Shown here piece after piece: positions 42,206 to 45,145 of a stretch of 45,145 nt of DNA; position 1 is the first letter of the stretch, and each line of letters opens with the position of its first letter. The notes below the pieces were generated by a model that was given only the letters and a program-made list of their open reading frames with translations, was not told the DNA's origin and ran no database searches. The position numbers and the translations under genes are program-made. The DNA is from a virus, in the IMG/VR virus record IMGVR_UViG_3300045988_035404; one strand, given 5' to 3'.

Positions 42206-42556
42206 ATGAGAAACAACGAGGAAATTATTTTACTAATAAAAAGCTATTTAGATAATAGTTCTATGTCGATGTCTGAATTAGCTGCAAAAGCGGGGGTTTC
42301 AAAATCGACTTTATCAAGATATCTTTCTGGCAGTCGGGTGTTCCCGCTGAATAAAGCGGATGATTTCGCTAGTGCTCTAGGTTTGACAACGGAACAATTT
42401 TTGAATGTAACACCTAGCCCGACAGATACTGCTTCAACCGACATCGATAACATTATAGAAAACGCTATGATGTTCGATGGTAAACCACTGACTAGTGATG
42501 ATAAACGTGCCATTCGTGGCATAATCGCCGGTTACATGAATAGCAAGGAGAATTGA
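42206..42556 (+). CDS. Phage repressor, XRE HTH (ImmR-like, no S24 peptidase domain)
   Basis: The ATG at 42206 has an AAGGAAA SD; the track TTG extension is rejected. HTH segment MSELAAKAGVSKSTLSRYLSG. Confidence 0.85.
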   Translation: MRNNEEIILLIKSYLDNSSMSMSELAAKAGVSKSTLSRYLSGSRVFPLNKADDFASALGLTTEQFLNVTPSPTDTASTDIDNIIENAMMFDGKPLTSDDKRAIRGIIAGYMNSKEN

Positions 42557-42561
42557 TACTT

Positions 42562-42936
42562 ATGGAGAAAGAATTGCTTGAGCAGTTCAACGTGTCTCTT
42601 TGTGAGTTTAGTTCTAACGAGTGGCCCAGAAACGGCTTTATCGACCCAATAAATAGGGTCGTTTACATCAACGGGGATTTAGCCCCAGAAATACGTTTAA
42701 AGGTCATTTTACATGAATTGGGACACCTAGAGCACAACTCTAAAGACTATGAGCGATTGCATGAGAAATACGAAGCTCAAGCTAATAAAAAAATGATCCA
42801 TGAGTTGTTGAAAAATGAAAATCTTGATGATTTTAATTACTTACACTTTATGGAAAAATATAATCTCACCACAATTTGTGATGAGACGTTTGTAAAAGAC
42901 GAATATCTAAAACTAAAGGAGATTGAAAAATGTTGA
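42562..42936 (+). CDS. immA: ImmA/IrrE-family zinc metalloprotease (anti-repressor protease)
   Basis: HELGH motif (ILHELGHLEH). The ATG at 42562 lies 11 nt after AGGAG. Directly follows the repressor gene. Confidence 0.8.
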   Translation: MEKELLEQFNVSLCEFSSNEWPRNGFIDPINRVVYINGDLAPEIRLKVILHELGHLEHNSKDYERLHEKYEAQANKKMIHELLKNENLDDFNYLHFMEKYNLTTICDETFVKDEYLKLKEIEKC

Positions 42937-43535
42937 GTAAATGGAAGAATTTGAAACGCTGGCAAAAATGGGCGGTTGTGCTCGTCTGCTTGGCTGTCCT
43001 TGGGAAAGTTTTTGAAATAACTGGACTTGCACCGAAAACGGAAACAGAACCAGTCAAGACAGTTCAAACAGCTTCGTCTTCTTCAAAGACAAAACCTAAA
43101 GCTAGTAAGCCGTCTAGCAGTGCCAAAGCGTCAAGTTCAAAGAGTGAGAAAGCGACTCCGAAAGAATCAAGCTCAGAACCAAGCTCATCGGAAGATAAAC
43201 TAAAAGATATTACCGAGGGTCAAATGGGTAGCTTTATTGACTACTTCAAGCAAGATTTGACTGATAAAGGCCTGGATATTAGTACATACAGTTTCTATAA
43301 CCGTGACACAATTTTATATATGACTGTGCCTAACGAATATAAAACTTATAGCAAAGCTGATTTGCAGAATTTTGCTGATGGCATGCTTGCCAAAGAGCAT
43401 GAAGCCTTCAACGTCTGGGCTGCAATCAACAATGTCAATTATGAGCGTTATCCGATGTTTCACATTAAAACAGATGACGGCAATGCTCTAGCTAGCCAAA
43501 AACTTGACGGAACAATGAAAGTCAAGGTTAAATAA
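42930..43535 (+). CDS. Membrane-anchored Ser/Lys-rich surface protein; putative superinfection-exclusion factor
   Basis: N-terminal TM helix (WAVVLVCLAVLG), a low-complexity linker and a ~110-aa C-terminal domain. The position between repressor and integrase is typical of sie/ltp genes. Confidence 0.55.
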   Translation: MLSKWKNLKRWQKWAVVLVCLAVLGKVFEITGLAPKTETEPVKTVQTASSSSKTKPKASKPSSSAKASSSKSEKATPKESSSEPSSSEDKLKDITEGQMGSFIDYFKQDLTDKGLDISTYSFYNRDTILYMTVPNEYKTYSKADLQNFADGMLAKEHEAFNVWAAINNVNYERYPMFHIKTDDGNALASQKLDGTMKVKVK

Positions 43536-43540
43536 GACAA

Positions 43541-43587
43541 TAAAAAAAGCCCTATAATCTCCCTCGCCAAAGTTTGATTATAGAGCT
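43541..43587 (-). terminator. Minus-strand intrinsic terminator between the membrane-protein gene and int
   Basis: The 12-bp stem AGCUCUAUAAUC/GAUUAUAGGGCU (one G.U pair) is followed by U7 only on the minus strand. Confidence 0.6.
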
Positions 43588-43674
43588 AGCACCACAGAAA
43601 GAGAAATGTAAACTGGAAACAGCCTTACATGTTCTTTTCTGTACCCATTTTATCAAAAACGAGGTACAAATACA

Positions 43675-45117
43675 ATGACAATGCATAAAGTTGCTATCTA
43701 TGTCCGAGTGTCGACCACATCGCAAGCTGATGAGGGCTACTCTATCGACGAGCAAAAAGCAAAGCTGACAAGCTACTGCGACATTAAGGACTGGAATATT
43801 TACGAGATATACACAGACGGCGGTTTCTCTGGATCTAACACGGAACGCCCAGCACTAGAGCAGTTGATAAGAGATGCAAAGAGAAAACTGTTTGATACTG
43901 TCCTAGTGTATAAACTAGACCGTTTGAGCCGCAGTCAGAAAGATACACTCTATCTGATTGAAGATGTATTTCTGGAGAATGATATAGAATTTGTCAGCTT
44001 ACTCGAAAACTTCGACACCTCAACGCCGTTTGGTAAGGCAATGATTGGGCTCCTCAGCGTGTTTGCCCAGCTTGAAAGAGAACAAATCAAGGAACGCATG
44101 CAGTTAGGCAAGCTGGGGCGGGCAAAGTCCGGTAAGTCGATGATGTGGTCAAAGACATCTTACGGCTACGATTATGTCAAAGAGACCGGCACGCTCTCAA
44201 TCAACCCATATCAAGCTCTAATCGTCCGAAAGATGTTTGAATGGTATTTATCGGGTATGTCGATAACCAAGCTCAGAGATACCCTCAATGAGCAATATGG
44301 GCAAGATAAAGAGTGGAGCTATAGAACAGTGCGGGCTATCCTGTCGAACCCGGTATATTGTGGATATAACCAATTTAAAGGACAGATATTCCCTGGTACT
44401 CATGAGCCTATCATATCCGAGGAAGATTTTAACAAGACGCAAGAGGAAATCAAAATAAGGCAAAGGACAGCCGCCCAGCGATTCAACCCTCGGCCATTTC
44501 AAGCTAAATACATGCTTTCTGGTATAGCTCAATGCGGCTATTGTTCCGCCCCTCTTGCTATCAAGTTAGGCATGAAACGGAAAGACGGCACTCGCTTAGT
44601 CAAATATGAGTGTAAGCAGCGACATCCACGAAAAACCAAGGGCGTCACTGTTTATAATAACAATGAAAAATGCGACTCTGGATTTTACTTCAAAGACGAT
44701 ATAGAGCACTTCGTCCTAACTGAAATCAGCAAGCTGCAAACTGATTCAGACTATATCGACAAGCTATTTTCAAACACTGACAAAGAGACTATAGACCGTG
44801 ATAGTTACCAGAAACAGATTGATAATCTGACCGCTAAAATTAGCAGGCTTAATGATCTATACATCGACGATAGGATTTCACTAGAGGAATTACAAAAACG
44901 GTCAAGCGACTTTATGGCAGAAAGAACAGCTCTTGAAAAAGAACTAGACGCTGACAGCTCTATCAAAACCGTAGAACGAAAAAAAGACATTAGACGGGTA
45001 CTTGATACCAAGGATATATTTAGCCTTGACTACGAGCACCAAAAAGCCATAGCACGCGCCTTGATAAGCAAGGTTCGAGTGACTAGTGAAACTATCGTTA
45101 TTTTATGGAAATTATAG
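43675..45117 (+). CDS. int: Large serine recombinase (integrase)
   Basis: N-terminal resolvase catalytic motif VAIYVRVSTTSQ..GYSIDEQ, a recombinase domain, a Cys-rich zinc ribbon (CGYCSAPL...YECK) and a C-terminal coiled coil. 480 aa. Confidence 0.92.
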   Translation: MTMHKVAIYVRVSTTSQADEGYSIDEQKAKLTSYCDIKDWNIYEIYTDGGFSGSNTERPALEQLIRDAKRKLFDTVLVYKLDRLSRSQKDTLYLIEDVFLENDIEFVSLLENFDTSTPFGKAMIGLLSVFAQLEREQIKERMQLGKLGRAKSGKSMMWSKTSYGYDYVKETGTLSINPYQALIVRKMFEWYLSGMSITKLRDTLNEQYGQDKEWSYRTVRAILSNPVYCGYNQFKGQIFPGTHEPIISEEDFNKTQEEIKIRQRTAAQRFNPRPFQAKYMLSGIAQCGYCSAPLAIKLGMKRKDGTRLVKYECKQRHPRKTKGVTVYNNNEKCDSGFYFKDDIEHFVLTEISKLQTDSDYIDKLFSNTDKETIDRDSYQKQIDNLTAKISRLNDLYIDDRISLEELQKRSSDFMAERTALEKELDADSSIKTVERKKDIRRVLDTKDIFSLDYEHQKAIARALISKVRVTSETIVILWKL

Positions 45118-45145
45118 AGCGTTTTAGTTACATTCATTTCAATCA
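45091..45145. repeat. Terminal direct repeat copy 2, identical to 1-55
   Basis: Exact identity read directly. Confidence 0.95.

Larger units (their letters stand above)
1..45090. mobile_element. Complete temperate siphovirus-type phage genome (circular unit), Streptococcus-phage-like
   Basis: Full set of lysogeny, early, packaging, head, tail and lysis modules. The terminal 55-bp identity implies a closed circle of 45,090 bp. Confidence 0.85.

Noticed and set aside
43552-43755. 67-aa minus-strand ORF opposite the int 5' end
   Set aside because: It has no SD and contains the terminator hairpin. The region is better explained as a non-coding antisense unit.

Overview
The window is one complete temperate siphovirus-type phage genome with Streptococcus-phage-like gene content. 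This rests on a CHAP+SH3b endolysin, DUF1642/DUF1372/DUF1351/YopX-type early genes and a collagen-repeat tail lysin. Bases 1-55 are identical to 45091-45145 and the repeat cuts through the 3' end of the integrase gene. It therefore looks like a k=55 circular-assembly overlap, giving a 45,090 bp unit, rather than att sites. Layout: a plus-strand lysogeny module sits at 42206-45117 (ImmR-like repressor, ImmA-like metalloprotease, membrane protein, large serine recombinase). It faces a cro-like gene across a well-defined divergent promoter/operator region. Everything else is a long minus-strand array. In transcription order this is: early genes (RepA_N-like protein plus 15-bp iterons, an LPXTG adhesin, a hexapeptide-repeat protein, ERF/DUF1351/SSB/RusA, MazG, YopX), a 745-bp ORF-free structured region, ArpU, ParB-methyltransferase, TerS/TerL, portal, head and tail genes (with a G/G-T frameshift), TMP, Dit, Tal, fibre genes, holin and endolysin, then a self-contained two-gene moron next to the integrase end. 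Most interesting: (1) the insulated 111-aa + 183-aa moron operon, a candidate anti-CRISPR/anti-defence locus; (2) recurring promoter plus 45-100 nt plus terminator mini-units, three in tandem after the lysin and four antisense to the 5' ends of arpU, the adhesin gene, the early leader ORF and int; (3) two diverged copies of a tRNA T-arm-like RNA motif with a covarying closing stem in the ORF-free region; (4) a three-gene fibre/depolymerase module with shared junction motifs inserted between holin and lysin; (5) an MSCRAMM-like LPXTG adhesin embedded in the early operon. All functional calls come from reading the translations and recalling motifs. No database search was run.
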